In this document: in pieces, positions 19,121 to 30,085 of the stretch
Position numbering within the stretch: position 1 is the stretch's first letter
Layout of the letters: the number at the start of each line of letters is the position of its first letter
Virus record (IMG/VR): IMGVR_UViG_2816332589_000001
Span: 32,001-96,000 of that record
DNA from: a virus
Taxonomy: Duplodnaviria > Caudoviricetes
Length of the DNA stretch: 64,000 nt
Direction: 5' to 3' (one strand)
The notes under the pieces: model-generated
Databases searched by the model: none
Seen by the model: only the letters and a program-made list of their open reading frames with translations
Told to the model about the DNA's origin: nothing
Made by a program: the position numbers and the translations under genes

Positions 19121-22100
19121 GGGCTTGCAGGCCGGCCGCCTCGAAGTCACGGTCGTCTCGGTACTCGACGGCTTCGCCCGCGAGCTGCGGACCAAGGTGG
19201 AGACCGCCGCCGAGGGCCTGGCCGTCAAGGTCAAGATCGAGGTCGATGCCAAGGGCCTGCGGCGGCGCCTGAAGGACGCAGTCAAGGAGGCGTCCAAGGG
19301 CCTCACCGCCAAGGTCAAGGTCAAGATTGACCGCGACGGCATCCGCGGGGAACTGGAGGAAGTCGCCCGCCGTGCGGCCGACACTGATGTCCGCGTGCCG
19401 GTCCGTCCGGACGGCGAAGGGGACGGCAGCCGCAGCGGCGGACTTCTCGGGCGCCTGCGTGATCTGCTGCGTGGCGCTCAGACGGAGGCCGACCAGAGCC
19501 CCGTCATCATCCCGGTCGAGCCCGGCGAAGGAGGTGGGGGAGGTCGGGGCCGTGGCCGCGGGCGCCTTCGCTCCCTGGCCCTGGGCGCGATCGTCTCGCT
19601 CGCGCAGCCTGCCATCGCGGCAATCACCCAGTACGGCTTCGCGCTCACCGCCCTGGTCTCCGCCGCGGCGCCGGCGGTCGGCGTTCTCGGCGCCATCCCC
19701 GGCCTGCTGGCTGGTGTCGGTACGGCCGCCGTTGCCACGAAGGTGGCCTTTGGTGGCGTCGGCGAGGCCCTGAAGCAGACGCTGAGGGCGCAGACCCAGC
19801 TCGCCAACGGCAGCAAGCTCACCAAGGCAGAGCAGAACGCGCTCAACCAGTCGCTGAAGGGCCTATCCACGTCGGCCCGCGCGTCCGTGAAATCGGTCGC
19901 GAGCCTGAGCGGCGAGTGGCGCAAGATGCGCCAGTCCGTGCAGGAACGCTTCTTCTCCAAGATCGCGGGAGAGATCAAGCCGCTGTCCACAGCGGTCCTG
20001 CCGCTGCTGAAGTCCAGCCTCGGCGACGCGGCCGGGCAGATGGGCAACCTCGCCAAGCGGGGCGCCCAGGCCATGCGGTCCGGGCCCTTCGCCGAGGGGT
20101 TCAAGAAGGTCGCCGCGACCAACAGCAAGGTCATCGGCAACGTCTCCAACGGCGTCGCCAACCTGTCCGCGGCCACCGGCCACTTCCTCGTTGCGTCCGG
20201 CCCGTTCGTGGAGCGCGTCGGCAAGGGCGCGGAGGGCTTCACCCGCTGGCTTCGGGCCTCCGCGCAGGCCGGTCGCGAGACAGGCTCGCTCGCGCGTTTC
20301 CTCGACCACGCCGCCGAGAAGGCCAAGCAGCTCGGCCGTACGACGCTGCTGGCCGGCAAGGGGCTCGCCGGAATCGGCCGCGCCGGGCAGGAAGCGGGCA
20401 ACGCGCTGCTCGACGGGCTCGAAGGCACCATGCTGCGCTTCTCGCGCTGGGCCAACTCCGGCGAGGGCCAGCGTTCAATGAAGCAGTTCTTCAGCGACGC
20501 CGCCCCCACCTTCCACGAGCTGAACAAGCTCGTCGGCGACTTCGTTCGCGGCCTCGGCCGGATGGCCAAGGACAACGGCGTCCGGGATCTGATCGGCCAG
20601 ATCCGCACCGAGCTGATGCCCGCCATCGGCAAAGCCCTCGACGTGATCGGCGGCACGATCGGCCCCACGATCGTCGGGCTCGTCTCCAACATCGCACGCC
20701 TGTTCGCCACCCTCTCCTCCGCAGGGGTCGGCCTCGGCACCTTGCTCGGCGCGCTGAACGGGCTGCTCACTCTCTTGAACGGCCTGATGAACGTGGTGCC
20801 GGGCCTCGGCGCCAGCCTCGGTGTCCTGCTGGGCGCCTTCCTCGCTTTCCGGATGCTCAGCAGCATCGTGGGAGTCTTTCAGCGGTTCGGCGCCAGCATC
20901 CGCAACGTCGGCATGGCGAGCAGCGTCGCCGCCGGAACGATCGGGCCACAGATCAGCCTGTGGCAACGGATGGGCCTCGCGTACACCGTCGCCGCGGCGA
21001 ACGGCGGACGCCTAACCGGCATGATGCGCGGAGTCAGTGCAGCCGCCGGCGCCATGCGCGGCGCCATGGGTGGCCTCCGCGGCGCCCTGGGCGGCCTCCT
21101 CGGCGCCCTGGGCGGACCGTGGGGCGCCGCGATCACCGCCGTCACCATCGGCATCGGCCTCCTCGCCAACCAGCACGAGAAGGCGGCCCGCGCCGCCGAA
21201 GCGCAGAAGAGCCGCATCACCACCCTGACGCAGGCCCTGCGCGAATCCAACGGAGCGATCGACGCCAACGTGCGCGCGCAGGCCGTCCAGCTGCTCCAGG
21301 AGGCCAAGCTCGGCGACACCAAGATCGTGGACAAGCTCCGTGGTGTCGGGGTGAGCCTGACCCAGCTCACCAACCTCTACCTCGACCAAGGCAAGGGCCT
21401 GTCGGATCTGGAGAAGAGGCTACGCACCCTCGCCGACGCGAAGCAGGAGTACATCGAGAAGGGCCGCGATGTCTTCGTCAAGGGCGACGGCGAGGAATCG
21501 AAGCGGTACCGGGACGCAGCCGACGCGCTGAAGAGCGTGAACGGCGAACTCACCGAGAGCATGCGCAACGCTCGCGAGGGCGCCGCCGCGATGAACGGGG
21601 CGGGTACCAAGGGCGTGGATTCGTTCACCCGGTTGAAGACGGCCGTGGACAGCATGTCCAACTCCACTGCGACCGCAGACAGCCGCGTGGACCAGCTCAA
21701 GCGCGCCATCGACGCCCTCACCGGCGGCACCCAGTCCTTCCACGACGCCCAGACCCGCGTCAACGCCGCGGTCCTGTCGGTGAACGACGCCATCGCGGCC
21801 AACACGGAGCACCTGAAGAACGCGAACAAGGAGCTGATCAACCAGGACGGCTCACTGCGGACCGCGACCCGGGCCGGCCAGGACTACAACAGCCACCTGA
21901 CCGAGCTGCGCGAAGCCTCCCTCAGCGCAGCGAACGCCGCCTTCGAGATGGCCAAGGCCAACGACATATCCCTACCCGAGGCCATGAAGAAGGCCGAGGG
22001 AGAGGTCCAGAAGGCACGGGACGCGGCGATCAGGTACGGCGTGGACCTCGGCCTGACCAAGGACCAGGCCGCGGGCCTCGCCAACCAGATGGGCCTCATC

Positions 22101-23180
22101 CCGTCCTCGGTGTCGATTCTCCTCCAGGCCAACGGCATGGAGAAGGCGACGGCCGACATCCTCGGCCTGTCCACCCAGCTCCTCAACCTGCCCACGGACA
22201 AGACCATCACCGTCAAAGCCCCGACGGACACCGCGATCTACGCCCTGCGCAACCTCGGGTTCGAGGTCGTCAGGATGCCGGGCAGCAAGCAGGTCACCAT
22301 CCGCGCCTTGACCGACTCGGCTCGCACCAACCTGCAAGGTCTCATGGCTGACCTCGCCGCGACCCCCGGCAACAAGAACGTCACGATCCAGACGCTGGTC
22401 AAACAGGCTGCCGCCGACCTGACCGGCATCCGCAACCAAGTCGCCGGGCTGCCCCCCGGCAAGAAACTGGACGTACAGGCACCCACCAAGCTGGCGCAGC
22501 AGGAGCTGAGGGACCTCGGCTACAAGATCAGGGATCTCAAGGACAAGAAAAGGATCGAGATCACGGCGCCCAACGCCACGCCGCTCGCGCAGGTGCAGAG
22601 CATCCAGGACCGCATCAACAGCCTCACCGGCAGGACGGTGCACGTCACCGTCCAGTACAGCGAGTCCGGCAAGCCGAGCGTCGTCAGCACCCATGCCAAC
22701 GGCAGCATTCTGCGGTTCGCCGAGGGCGGCATCCGGCAGGCGAGTGACCGCGTCCGGGCCTTCGCCGACGGCGCCGAGCGGCACATCGCGCAGATCGCCC
22801 GGCCCGGCGAATGGCGGCTGTGGGCCGAGCCGGAGACCGGCGGCGAGGCATACATCCCGCTTGCCCCCAGCAAGCGCAAGCGCAGCGAGGCCATCCTCGA
22901 CCAGGTCGCCCGCATGTTCGGCGGCCGGGTCGTCTACTTCGCCAACGGTGCTCTTCTGCGCCAGCAGGCCCAGGGAGCTGTCTCCCTCTACCGCGGCAGC
23001 GCCACCTCGCCCGCCGCATCCACACCTCAGCATGTTGCCGCCACAGCGCCCCGCGCCCTGGTCGGCGGTGACCTCAACCTGACCATGACCGGAGCCCCGA
23101 TGTCCCCGAGTGAAGCCCTGAGCAGCGCGATGTTCGAGCTGCGCCGCATACGCCGGGGAGGTGCGTATGTCGCTGGCTGA
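19113..23180 (+). CDS. Tape measure protein
   Basis: 1355 aa, Ala/Gly-rich and helical with hydrophobic stretches; C-terminal FAEGG...WAEPETGGEAYIPL. Confidence 0.92.
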   Translation: MSEGLQAGRLEVTVVSVLDGFARELRTKVETAAEGLAVKVKIEVDAKGLRRRLKDAVKEASKGLTAKVKVKIDRDGIRGELEEVARRAADTDVRVPVRPDGEGDGSRSGGLLGRLRDLLRGAQTEADQSPVIIPVEPGEGGGGGRGRGRGRLRSLALGAIVSLAQPAIAAITQYGFALTALVSAAAPAVGVLGAIPGLLAGVGTAAVATKVAFGGVGEALKQTLRAQTQLANGSKLTKAEQNALNQSLKGLSTSARASVKSVASLSGEWRKMRQSVQERFFSKIAGEIKPLSTAVLPLLKSSLGDAAGQMGNLAKRGAQAMRSGPFAEGFKKVAATNSKVIGNVSNGVANLSAATGHFLVASGPFVERVGKGAEGFTRWLRASAQAGRETGSLARFLDHAAEKAKQLGRTTLLAGKGLAGIGRAGQEAGNALLDGLEGTMLRFSRWANSGEGQRSMKQFFSDAAPTFHELNKLVGDFVRGLGRMAKDNGVRDLIGQIRTELMPAIGKALDVIGGTIGPTIVGLVSNIARLFATLSSAGVGLGTLLGALNGLLTLLNGLMNVVPGLGASLGVLLGAFLAFRMLSSIVGVFQRFGASIRNVGMASSVAAGTIGPQISLWQRMGLAYTVAAANGGRLTGMMRGVSAAAGAMRGAMGGLRGALGGLLGALGGPWGAAITAVTIGIGLLANQHEKAARAAEAQKSRITTLTQALRESNGAIDANVRAQAVQLLQEAKLGDTKIVDKLRGVGVSLTQLTNLYLDQGKGLSDLEKRLRTLADAKQEYIEKGRDVFVKGDGEESKRYRDAADALKSVNGELTESMRNAREGAAAMNGAGTKGVDSFTRLKTAVDSMSNSTATADSRVDQLKRAIDALTGGTQSFHDAQTRVNAAVLSVNDAIAANTEHLKNANKELINQDGSLRTATRAGQDYNSHLTELREASLSAANAAFEMAKANDISLPEAMKKAEGEVQKARDAAIRYGVDLGLTKDQAAGLANQMGLIPSSVSILLQANGMEKATADILGLSTQLLNLPTDKTITVKAPTDTAIYALRNLGFEVVRMPGSKQVTIRALTDSARTNLQGLMADLAATPGNKNVTIQTLVKQAAADLTGIRNQVAGLPPGKKLDVQAPTKLAQQELRDLGYKIRDLKDKKRIEITAPNATPLAQVQSIQDRINSLTGRTVHVTVQYSESGKPSVVSTHANGSILRFAEGGIRQASDRVRAFADGAERHIAQIARPGEWRLWAEPETGGEAYIPLAPSKRKRSEAILDQVARMFGGRVVYFANGALLRQQAQGAVSLYRGSATSPAASTPQHVAATAPRALVGGDLNLTMTGAPMSPSEALSSAMFELRRIRRGGAYVAG

Positions 23181-24108
23181 GGGCGAATGGAACCTCTCGT
23201 ACGGCCCCAATGGCGTGCATCCCGGGTGCAACTTCACCTTCGGCACGTTCCGCACCGGGTACTACCTGCTGGACCCGTACGAGATCACGTACAGCGACGG
23301 AGATCCCGGCGACGTGCCGCTGCCGCGCGAGGACGGAATCCGGTTCGGACAGGACACCCGAGGCCACGCGACCATCACCTTCGAGATTGGCGTGGACACC
23401 GTGGACAAGGCGCCGAACCAGCTCGGCCGGCACGGCGCCAACCTGGACGCGGTCTCAGCGATGCTCCAGGCGTGGGACGCCGAGGCCGTACGGCAGCGCT
23501 TCGCCACACCCGCCGTCCTGCGGACCGTCCAGGGCGGCCGGGCCCGCCTCTTCTACGGGCGCCCCAGGAAGCCTGCGCCCGCTGGCAGCCGCCTGACGCG
23601 CCAGGGCTACACCCCGGTGGTCGCCACGTTCGTCTGCCAGGACAACATCGCGTACGACGATGTAGAGCAGCGAGTGCGCGTGGACCTGGTCCCGCCACCG
23701 CACCGCGGTCTCGTGGGCCCGCTGACGACGCCACTGACCATGACGGGGCAGAGCAGTGCCCGGCCCATCAGCGATGTGGACGTGGGTGGGACCAAACCCA
23801 CCTGGCCCGTCATCACGATCTACGGCCCGATCTCCCAGCCCGTATGCGAAGTGGTGGGCCGCTGGAAGGCGAGCCTCAACCTGACGCTCGCGGCAGGCGA
23901 GCGCGTGGTGATCGATCCGCGCCCGTGGGCCCGCACTGTTCTCCGCAACGGCAACGCCAACGCCGCTGGCTGGCTGTACCGAGGATCGCCCCGCCTGGCC
24001 GACATGCGGCTCCCCGTGGGACGGCAAGACCTGGTGCTGCGCGGCATCGACGCGACCGGCAGCGCGTACATGACGGTCGCGTGGAGAAACGCCTACGCCT
24101 ACCTCTGA
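23167..24108 (+). CDS. Distal tail (Dit-like) minor tail protein
   Basis: First gene after the tape measure; TWPVITIYGP...VVIDPRPWARTV. Confidence 0.8.
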   Translation: MSLAEGEWNLSYGPNGVHPGCNFTFGTFRTGYYLLDPYEITYSDGDPGDVPLPREDGIRFGQDTRGHATITFEIGVDTVDKAPNQLGRHGANLDAVSAMLQAWDAEAVRQRFATPAVLRTVQGGRARLFYGRPRKPAPAGSRLTRQGYTPVVATFVCQDNIAYDDVEQRVRVDLVPPPHRGLVGPLTTPLTMTGQSSARPISDVDVGGTKPTWPVITIYGPISQPVCEVVGRWKASLNLTLAAGERVVIDPRPWARTVLRNGNANAAGWLYRGSPRLADMRLPVGRQDLVLRGIDATGSAYMTVAWRNAYAYL

Positions 24109-24219
24109 CGGTGTTCACCGTGGGAACAGCGAGCGCGCCCGGCGGAAGCCCGAGACGCAAGGTGTTCTCACGATGAACAGTCCCGCTGCCCCGTCACCGA
24201 GCAGCAGAGGGATGTACTC

Positions 24220-25173
24220 ATGTCCTGGGACAGCGTTCCGTGGTTCACCGAAGGCGAAGCCGAGCACAGCTCCGAGGTCGCCAGGCTCTTGGCGTACGCG
24301 GCCTTCGGCGGCGCCCAAGGAGTGGTTGGTGCCGGTGACCTCCAGGTGAGGGCGCTCGCCACGCCGGGCGCGGCCGTGCAGGTGCTCCCCGGCGCCTGTG
24401 CCATCACCAACCGGGCCACTGGTTCGGCCTACCAGTCCTACGCGGCCCGGCTGCCTGTCGGCGAGCAAGCGCCGATCGCTGCCACCGGCTCCGCCGCCCG
24501 TTCCGACCTGGTCGTGGCGCGCGTCGAGAACCCGTTCTCCTACGGGGAGACCTGGCCGAACCCGAGCGACCCGAAGGTGGGCCCGTACATCTTCACCCGG
24601 GTCATCTCCGGGGTGCCCAAGACCACCACCAGCGTGCGGCAGATCCGGCCGAGCGACTCGGCGATCACCCTGGCCCGCATCGACATCCCGGCCAACACCT
24701 CCTCCATCACCCAGGCGATGGTCAAGGACCTGCGGCGTATGGTGCGGCCCCGCAAGGACCGCAGCATCCACACCGCCTCGCCGAACGGCAACCAGAACTG
24801 GTACGGCGACAAGGGCGTGTGGCATCAGTGGCCGGCGATGGCCCGCTGGCAGGTCGATGTCCCCGAGTGGGCCACGCAGGCCCGGATCACCATGACCATC
24901 GCCGGAACGCAGGTGATCGACGGCAACGTGTGGGGAGGCTGTGCCTTCCGGGTCGGCGACCAACAGGGGCAGAGCGTCCAGTTCGAATCGACGAGCGCCC
25001 GCATCAACCTGATCTCCGCCGACACGCTGCCCATCCCGGCCGCGATGCGCGGGACCACCCAGTGGCTGGAAGCGCTGATCCTGCTCGACAAGAAACTCCC
25101 GGGGTGGCTTCAGGCCGACGTAGTCACCACGGCGATCGCGGATGTCGAGTGGGCCGAAACCCCGGAGGCGTGA
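24220..25173 (+). CDS. Minor tail protein
   Basis: Synteny; RSDLVVARVENP...ITLARIDIPANTSSIT..MVKDLR pattern. Confidence 0.8.
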   Translation: MSWDSVPWFTEGEAEHSSEVARLLAYAAFGGAQGVVGAGDLQVRALATPGAAVQVLPGACAITNRATGSAYQSYAARLPVGEQAPIAATGSAARSDLVVARVENPFSYGETWPNPSDPKVGPYIFTRVISGVPKTTTSVRQIRPSDSAITLARIDIPANTSSITQAMVKDLRRMVRPRKDRSIHTASPNGNQNWYGDKGVWHQWPAMARWQVDVPEWATQARITMTIAGTQVIDGNVWGGCAFRVGDQQGQSVQFESTSARINLISADTLPIPAAMRGTTQWLEALILLDKKLPGWLQADVVTTAIADVEWAETPEA

Positions 25174-25176
25174 GCG

Positions 25177-26376
25177 GTGGTCACCGGATGGCGCTTCATA
25201 GCGCAGCGCGCGCTCCCCGAGACGATCATCGACTGGGAAGTCCCGCTCACGCTGTCCTCCAACCCGAAGAGAAGCCTCTCCGGCCCCGGGTCGATGACGG
25301 GGACGATCGAGCCCGAGTACGCCCGTATGGTCGGCCCGGACGGTCAGCCGATCATTGAGGACTGGAACACCAAGCTCTACCTGGAGATCGAGGGCCACAT
25401 CAGGTGGGGCGGCATCGTCACCAAGACCACGTTCGACGGCCCGAAGTGCACCGTCAACTGCGAAGGCTTCAGCTCCTACGCGCAGGGCATCCCGTTCGAG
25501 GAGCGCATCATCTCCGGCGCGCTCATCACGCCGAAGGACCCCTACGCCGGCAAAGACAAGAACCATGATGGATGGGTTGACGGCCAGAAGAACAAGCAGC
25601 GCGTCCCTGATCCGCCGAAGCCGTACGGCGGCACACGGCTCGACGCCTACGAGGTGTTCCGCGCCATCTGGAGACACGTCCAGACCCGCCCGTACGGCAA
25701 TATCGGCCTGACGATCGACAGCCACAAGCTCGGCGAACTCCTGGGGGCTACCGACGGCACCGACCCGTGGGAACTCGCCTGGTGGAACCATCCAGATTGC
25801 GGTCAGGCACTCGACGGCCTGGCCCGGGAGATCCCCTTCGACTGGGTCGAGAACCACGCCTGGGCTGACAGCGGCAACACCATCTCGCACCACATCACCC
25901 TGGGCAGGCCCCGTCTCGGTCGTAAGCGCACGGATCTCCGGTTTGCCGACGGCGAGAATCTGGCGGCCATCGCCAAACCGGAAGGCATGGGCGACTCCTT
26001 CGCCAACGAGGTGTTCGTCCTCGGCAAAGGCGAAGGCCAGAAGATGAAGAGGGCGCAGGTCCACCGCTATGACGGGCGTCTGCGCCGTGTCGCGACGGTG
26101 ACCGACAAGACCCTCAGCTCCGACCGCGCGTTGCGGACCCGCGGAGAGCAGGAGCTGGCCGGCCGCACACACGCCCTTCAGATTCCCGCCATCCAGGTCA
26201 TCGATCACCCCAACGCGCGGCTCGGGTCCTGGCAGCTCGGTGACGACATCCTCGTCCAGGCCCACGTTCCGTGGGTCGGCGACGTGGCGGTCTGGCACCG
26301 GATCATCGCCGACGAGATCAGCGCCGACGGCCTGGTCGTGCTCACCCTCAAGCGCAGCGACTCCTTCGTCTACTGA
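25177..26376 (+). CDS. Minor tail/baseplate hub protein
   Basis: Synteny; LSGPGSM.G...WGGIV...WQLGDDI pattern. Confidence 0.8.
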   Translation: MVTGWRFIAQRALPETIIDWEVPLTLSSNPKRSLSGPGSMTGTIEPEYARMVGPDGQPIIEDWNTKLYLEIEGHIRWGGIVTKTTFDGPKCTVNCEGFSSYAQGIPFEERIISGALITPKDPYAGKDKNHDGWVDGQKNKQRVPDPPKPYGGTRLDAYEVFRAIWRHVQTRPYGNIGLTIDSHKLGELLGATDGTDPWELAWWNHPDCGQALDGLAREIPFDWVENHAWADSGNTISHHITLGRPRLGRKRTDLRFADGENLAAIAKPEGMGDSFANEVFVLGKGEGQKMKRAQVHRYDGRLRRVATVTDKTLSSDRALRTRGEQELAGRTHALQIPAIQVIDHPNARLGSWQLGDDILVQAHVPWVGDVAVWHRIIADEISADGLVVLTLKRSDSFVY

Positions 26377-26501
26377 TCCCGGCTCCGGCGTTCACCGTGG
26401 GAACGCCTCGGCCGCCCCTGTCCCGGGCCTCCGGCGGGGTGTTCCCACGGTGAACAGCAGCCCGGGACGCAAGCTGTGTGCGCTGCCCAGCATCCGCAGC
26501 C

Positions 26502-28010
26502 ATGGCGAATTTTTTGGACGTGGGCACGGATGCGCAGCGCTTCGCTGCCATCCTCGCCGACTACGAGCGGCGGCTCGAAGCGCTGGAGCGCAGCACCCAG
26601 GCCGGATACACCTCCATCGAGGGCGGCGGCACCCTCGACATCTACGACGAGAACGGCACCCTGAAGGGCTCTGTCGGCGTCCAGCCTGACGGCGGTGTCG
26701 CGCTCGTCCCGGTCAACACGAATCCGCCGCCCACCCCGATGCCGCCCGCCCTCGAACCGGTCCTGGCCGGTCTGCTGGTCACCTGGGACGGGCAGTGGGA
26801 CGACGCTTACGGCACCCCCACAGATCTCGCCGGAGTGCAGATCCACCTGGGGGCCACCGCCGACTTCGTGCCGGACCTGTCCAGCCTCGCCGCGACGATC
26901 ACCAACGGCTCCGGCGGCACCATCACCGTCTCCACCCCCACGTACGGAAGCGTGTGGGTGCGTCTGGTCGCGGTGAACACCGCGCAGATCACCGGGCCGC
27001 CGTCCACCGCGGTGCAGGGCACCCCACGGCAGGTCGATGGCCCGGACCTGTCCAAACTGCTGGACCTGGCCACCTGGCTCAAGGACGAGTCCATACCCGG
27101 CTCCAAACTCGTCCGCGAGACGATCGGCGCGGACCTGCTCGCCGCCAACGCCGTGGTCGCCGGAAAGATCGACGCGGGCGCCATCACCGGGCGTGAGATC
27201 AAGGCCCAGACGCTGGAGGGCCTGCACATCAAGGCCGGCACGCTCGACGCCACCCACATCAAGGCCGGCAGCATCAAGGCCGAGCTGATCGCCGCCGACG
27301 CACTCAACGGCAAGACGATCACCGGCGCCACGGTGCAGACCGGCACGACCGGCTCGCGCATCGTCATGGACACCGGACTGCGACTGTACGACGCCGACGG
27401 CGTCCTCGCGGCAGAGGCCACCGTCGGCGACCTGGCCACCCGCGAGGTCGGTTTCGCCGCCTACAACAACACCCTGGGCGGCGCCTTCCGGTACTGGGCG
27501 ATGCTCAGCCGCGGCTACGTCACCTTCGGCCGGGACGGCACCACCTACGTACGAAACCCCAACCTCGACCACCACCTGTCCGGCGATGTAAGCGCTCTGG
27601 AGATCACCTCCGGCGCGGTGGGACCGGAGTACGGAGGCCAAGCCGTTCTTCAGCTCATCGGCGGCGACCCCACGGGCCAGCAGCAGCCACAGGCGCGCCT
27701 GCACGCAGAGAAGCTGGGCACCCAGTGCGACTTGGACGTCTCTGGGGTCTTCACGGCGCGCAACATCGCCACGGGAACCGTCACCATCACCCCCACCATC
27801 GCCGACCGGCCGTTCTCCGTCACCGTCACCGGCCTGAACGTCGCCGGCAAGACCTTTCGCGGGTTCGTGACAGCCCTGAGCAGCGTCCCGGGCACCGGCG
27901 TGACCGGGTGTACCGCTACCAACGTCACCGGCAAGGGCCTGACGATCTTTCTCACCCGCCACGACACGAACATCCCCACCGGCATCAACTGGATGATCAT
28001 CGGAAGCTGA
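26502..28010 (+). CDS. Tail fibre/central tail protein
   Basis: FN3-like region followed by 10-residue (I.A..I.A) repeats; ATG 8 nt after a late -10. Confidence 0.78.
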   Translation: MANFLDVGTDAQRFAAILADYERRLEALERSTQAGYTSIEGGGTLDIYDENGTLKGSVGVQPDGGVALVPVNTNPPPTPMPPALEPVLAGLLVTWDGQWDDAYGTPTDLAGVQIHLGATADFVPDLSSLAATITNGSGGTITVSTPTYGSVWVRLVAVNTAQITGPPSTAVQGTPRQVDGPDLSKLLDLATWLKDESIPGSKLVRETIGADLLAANAVVAGKIDAGAITGREIKAQTLEGLHIKAGTLDATHIKAGSIKAELIAADALNGKTITGATVQTGTTGSRIVMDTGLRLYDADGVLAAEATVGDLATREVGFAAYNNTLGGAFRYWAMLSRGYVTFGRDGTTYVRNPNLDHHLSGDVSALEITSGAVGPEYGGQAVLQLIGGDPTGQQQPQARLHAEKLGTQCDLDVSGVFTARNIATGTVTITPTIADRPFSVTVTGLNVAGKTFRGFVTALSSVPGTGVTGCTATNVTGKGLTIFLTRHDTNIPTGINWMIIGS

Positions 28011-28020
28011 GGACAGACAG

Positions 28021-28218
28021 ATGCCCCAAGCCATTGAGGACGTACCGCCGCACGCTGACCTGCTGGCCCACTGCCACACTCCGGACTGCCCAGCGGCCGA
28101 CAAGGAATTCGTCGTCCGCTGTTACGAGAACCCGGGCGAACCGCGCTACGCCGCATCGTGCGGCCTGTGCGGTAAGCCGATCACGGATTTAGTCATCATT
28201 CCTGCCGGCGGTCAGTGA
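28021..28218 (+). CDS. Small Cys-rich tail-associated protein
   Basis: CHTPDC...CGLCGKPITD; GAGGA RBS. Confidence 0.7.
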   Translation: MPQAIEDVPPHADLLAHCHTPDCPAADKEFVVRCYENPGEPRYAASCGLCGKPITDLVIIPAGGQ

Positions 28219-28328
28219 CCGCGCGACGCTACCGCGTATCTCGTGCACGGTATGCGCTGCGGGGAGCCGCGGGCCGTACGCCGGCCCCGGCTCCCGCGCA
28301 CCCCAGCAACCCATCATGAGGAGGCGCC

Positions 28329-28835
28329 ATGGACTGGCTGACTTCCGCGGCGCCCGCCATCGCTTCCGCGTTCGCCGCCCTCGGCGTCATCACCGGAGCC
28401 GCCTTCAGCTACCGGCAGGTCAAGCGCAAGGGCGACACGGACGAGCGCATAGCCACCGCGCAGGTCCGCGCGACCACCGAGGCCGCCGAGGGACAGACGT
28501 ACGTCGAGGCGATGAAGACCGTCACCGCCGGGTTCTCCTCGCTCCTCGACCAGCAGCGCGGGATGCTCGACCAGCAGAAGGTCCTCCTGGAGCAGGAGCG
28601 CACCATGCACGCCCAGACCGTGGAGCGGGTGAACCTGCTGGAGGCTGGCCAGCTGGAGCTGACCCGGGAGGTGCGCCAGCTCCAGGAGGAGCAGCGCAAG
28701 GACCGCCGCTGGAAGGCTGCCGCCCTCGACTACATCCGTGACCTGCGCGGCCTGCTCGCGAAGGCCCTCGGCCGCCCCGCGCCGGAACCGCCCGAGGAGA
28801 TCGCCGCGGACATTCTCGGGCCGGACCGTCTGTGA
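28329..28835 (+). CDS. Membrane-anchored coiled-coil protein (lysis-associated)
   Basis: N-terminal transmembrane helix plus coiled coil; GAGGAGG RBS. Confidence 0.7.
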   Translation: MDWLTSAAPAIASAFAALGVITGAAFSYRQVKRKGDTDERIATAQVRATTEAAEGQTYVEAMKTVTAGFSSLLDQQRGMLDQQKVLLEQERTMHAQTVERVNLLEAGQLELTREVRQLQEEQRKDRRWKAAALDYIRDLRGLLAKALGRPAPEPPEEIAADILGPDRL

Positions 28836-28918
28836 CCGGCCCCGGCAGCCCGGGACGGTAGCCGGGGCCGGGCGCCAGTGTTCCCGTCGTCCTACTTCAC
28901 CGACAGACGGGAACCTCC

Positions 28919-29239
28919 ATGTCCACCCTCCAGACCATCGCCACCGGCTCCGGCATCGGCGGCCTGCTGCCGCTGCTGACGGCCATCGTGCAGCGCCCGC
29001 ACTGGTCCGTCGGGACCAAGAAGATCGTCGCCGTCGTCATGGCGGTCGTCACCGGCGTCATCACCGTCATCTCCAGCGGCGGCCTCGACCAGTTCCAGCA
29101 CGGCTGGCTGACCTTCGGCACCGTCGGCGCCGTCGTCGCCGCCTCGCAGGCCGCCTACGATCTGATCTGGAAGCCGAGTAGCCTCGCCCCGGCCATCGAG
29201 TCCGCCACCAGCCCCAAGAGGGCTCCAGCGGCCGAATAA
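28919..29239 (+). CDS. Holin
   Basis: 106 aa with about three hydrophobic segments, at the end of the tail module. Confidence 0.75.
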   Translation: MSTLQTIATGSGIGGLLPLLTAIVQRPHWSVGTKKIVAVVMAVVTGVITVISSGGLDQFQHGWLTFGTVGAVVAASQAAYDLIWKPSSLAPAIESATSPKRAPAAE

Positions 29240-29521
29240 GGCACACAGTAGGGGAGCGTCCGCGTGGCGGCGGGTATCATCCCCCGAGGTGGCCGCCGCG
29301 CCGCCGACCTCACCGTCGCAGGCAGCGACTCCGCGGTTTCAGGGCTTTCCACTGGTTGGGCCTGGAGCGTGCCGCGGGGAAGCACCAAGCAAACTGCGCC
29401 CCTCACGGGGCCCAGGGCTGGGTACTGGCCGCTATCCGGGACGATCCAGCTCACGGTGAGATCGGTCGCACGGCGGCCACCTTGTACCCCGTGACGATGA
29501 GCACCAGGAGGGCCAGCCGGG

Positions 29522-30085
29522 ATGGCGGCACCGCAGCAAGACGCGCCCGACGAGCGGGGAACACGCCAGAGCCGCTGGACGGAGCCGGAGCCTGGCGCCG
29601 TGGCCGCCCAGATCGAGTCATTGCGGACGCTCGCGAAGCCCGAGTTCGGAAGGGCGTTGGCGGAGTTCATCGCCGCGGACAACGATGACCGGGACGAGGC
29701 CACCGCGTACGCGATCCGCTCGCCGCAGCTCGTCCGCAAGGCGCGCCGGCTGATCCCCGAGCTCGTACGTGAGCCGGAGAAGTACCTTCCCGCGATCCCC
29801 GGCACGTCGAACAACGCCCACGTCCGGCGCCTGGCCCAGTTCCGGAGCCGCGCCGACCACGAGGCGCAGATCCTCTTCTACGTGCAGGCCGGGATGGTCG
29901 CCCGCCGTGGGCACCTGTTGCCCGAGCCGAGCCCCCGGTCACGCGCCCGGCGCCGCCTCGCCGACGAGTTCCCCGAGCGGTTCCTGGAGCTCGTGCGCGA
30001 AGAGGAGGCCGCGGACAAGAAGGCCGCGGCGCAGCGGGAGGCCGAACGCAAACGTGCCCGTACGGAGCGCGCCGCGGCGCAGTAG
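29522..30085 (+). CDS. Hypothetical protein
   Basis: AGGAGG RBS; 187 aa, helical. Confidence 0.7.
   Translation: MAAPQQDAPDERGTRQSRWTEPEPGAVAAQIESLRTLAKPEFGRALAEFIAADNDDRDEATAYAIRSPQLVRKARRLIPELVREPEKYLPAIPGTSNNAHVRRLAQFRSRADHEAQILFYVQAGMVARRGHLLPEPSPRSRARRRLADEFPERFLELVREEEAADKKAAAQREAERKRARTERAAAQ

Noticed and set aside
26502-28218. Diversity-generating retroelement or tail-fibre shufflon
   Set aside because: No reverse transcriptase, no template/variable repeat pair and no alternative fibre tips were seen.
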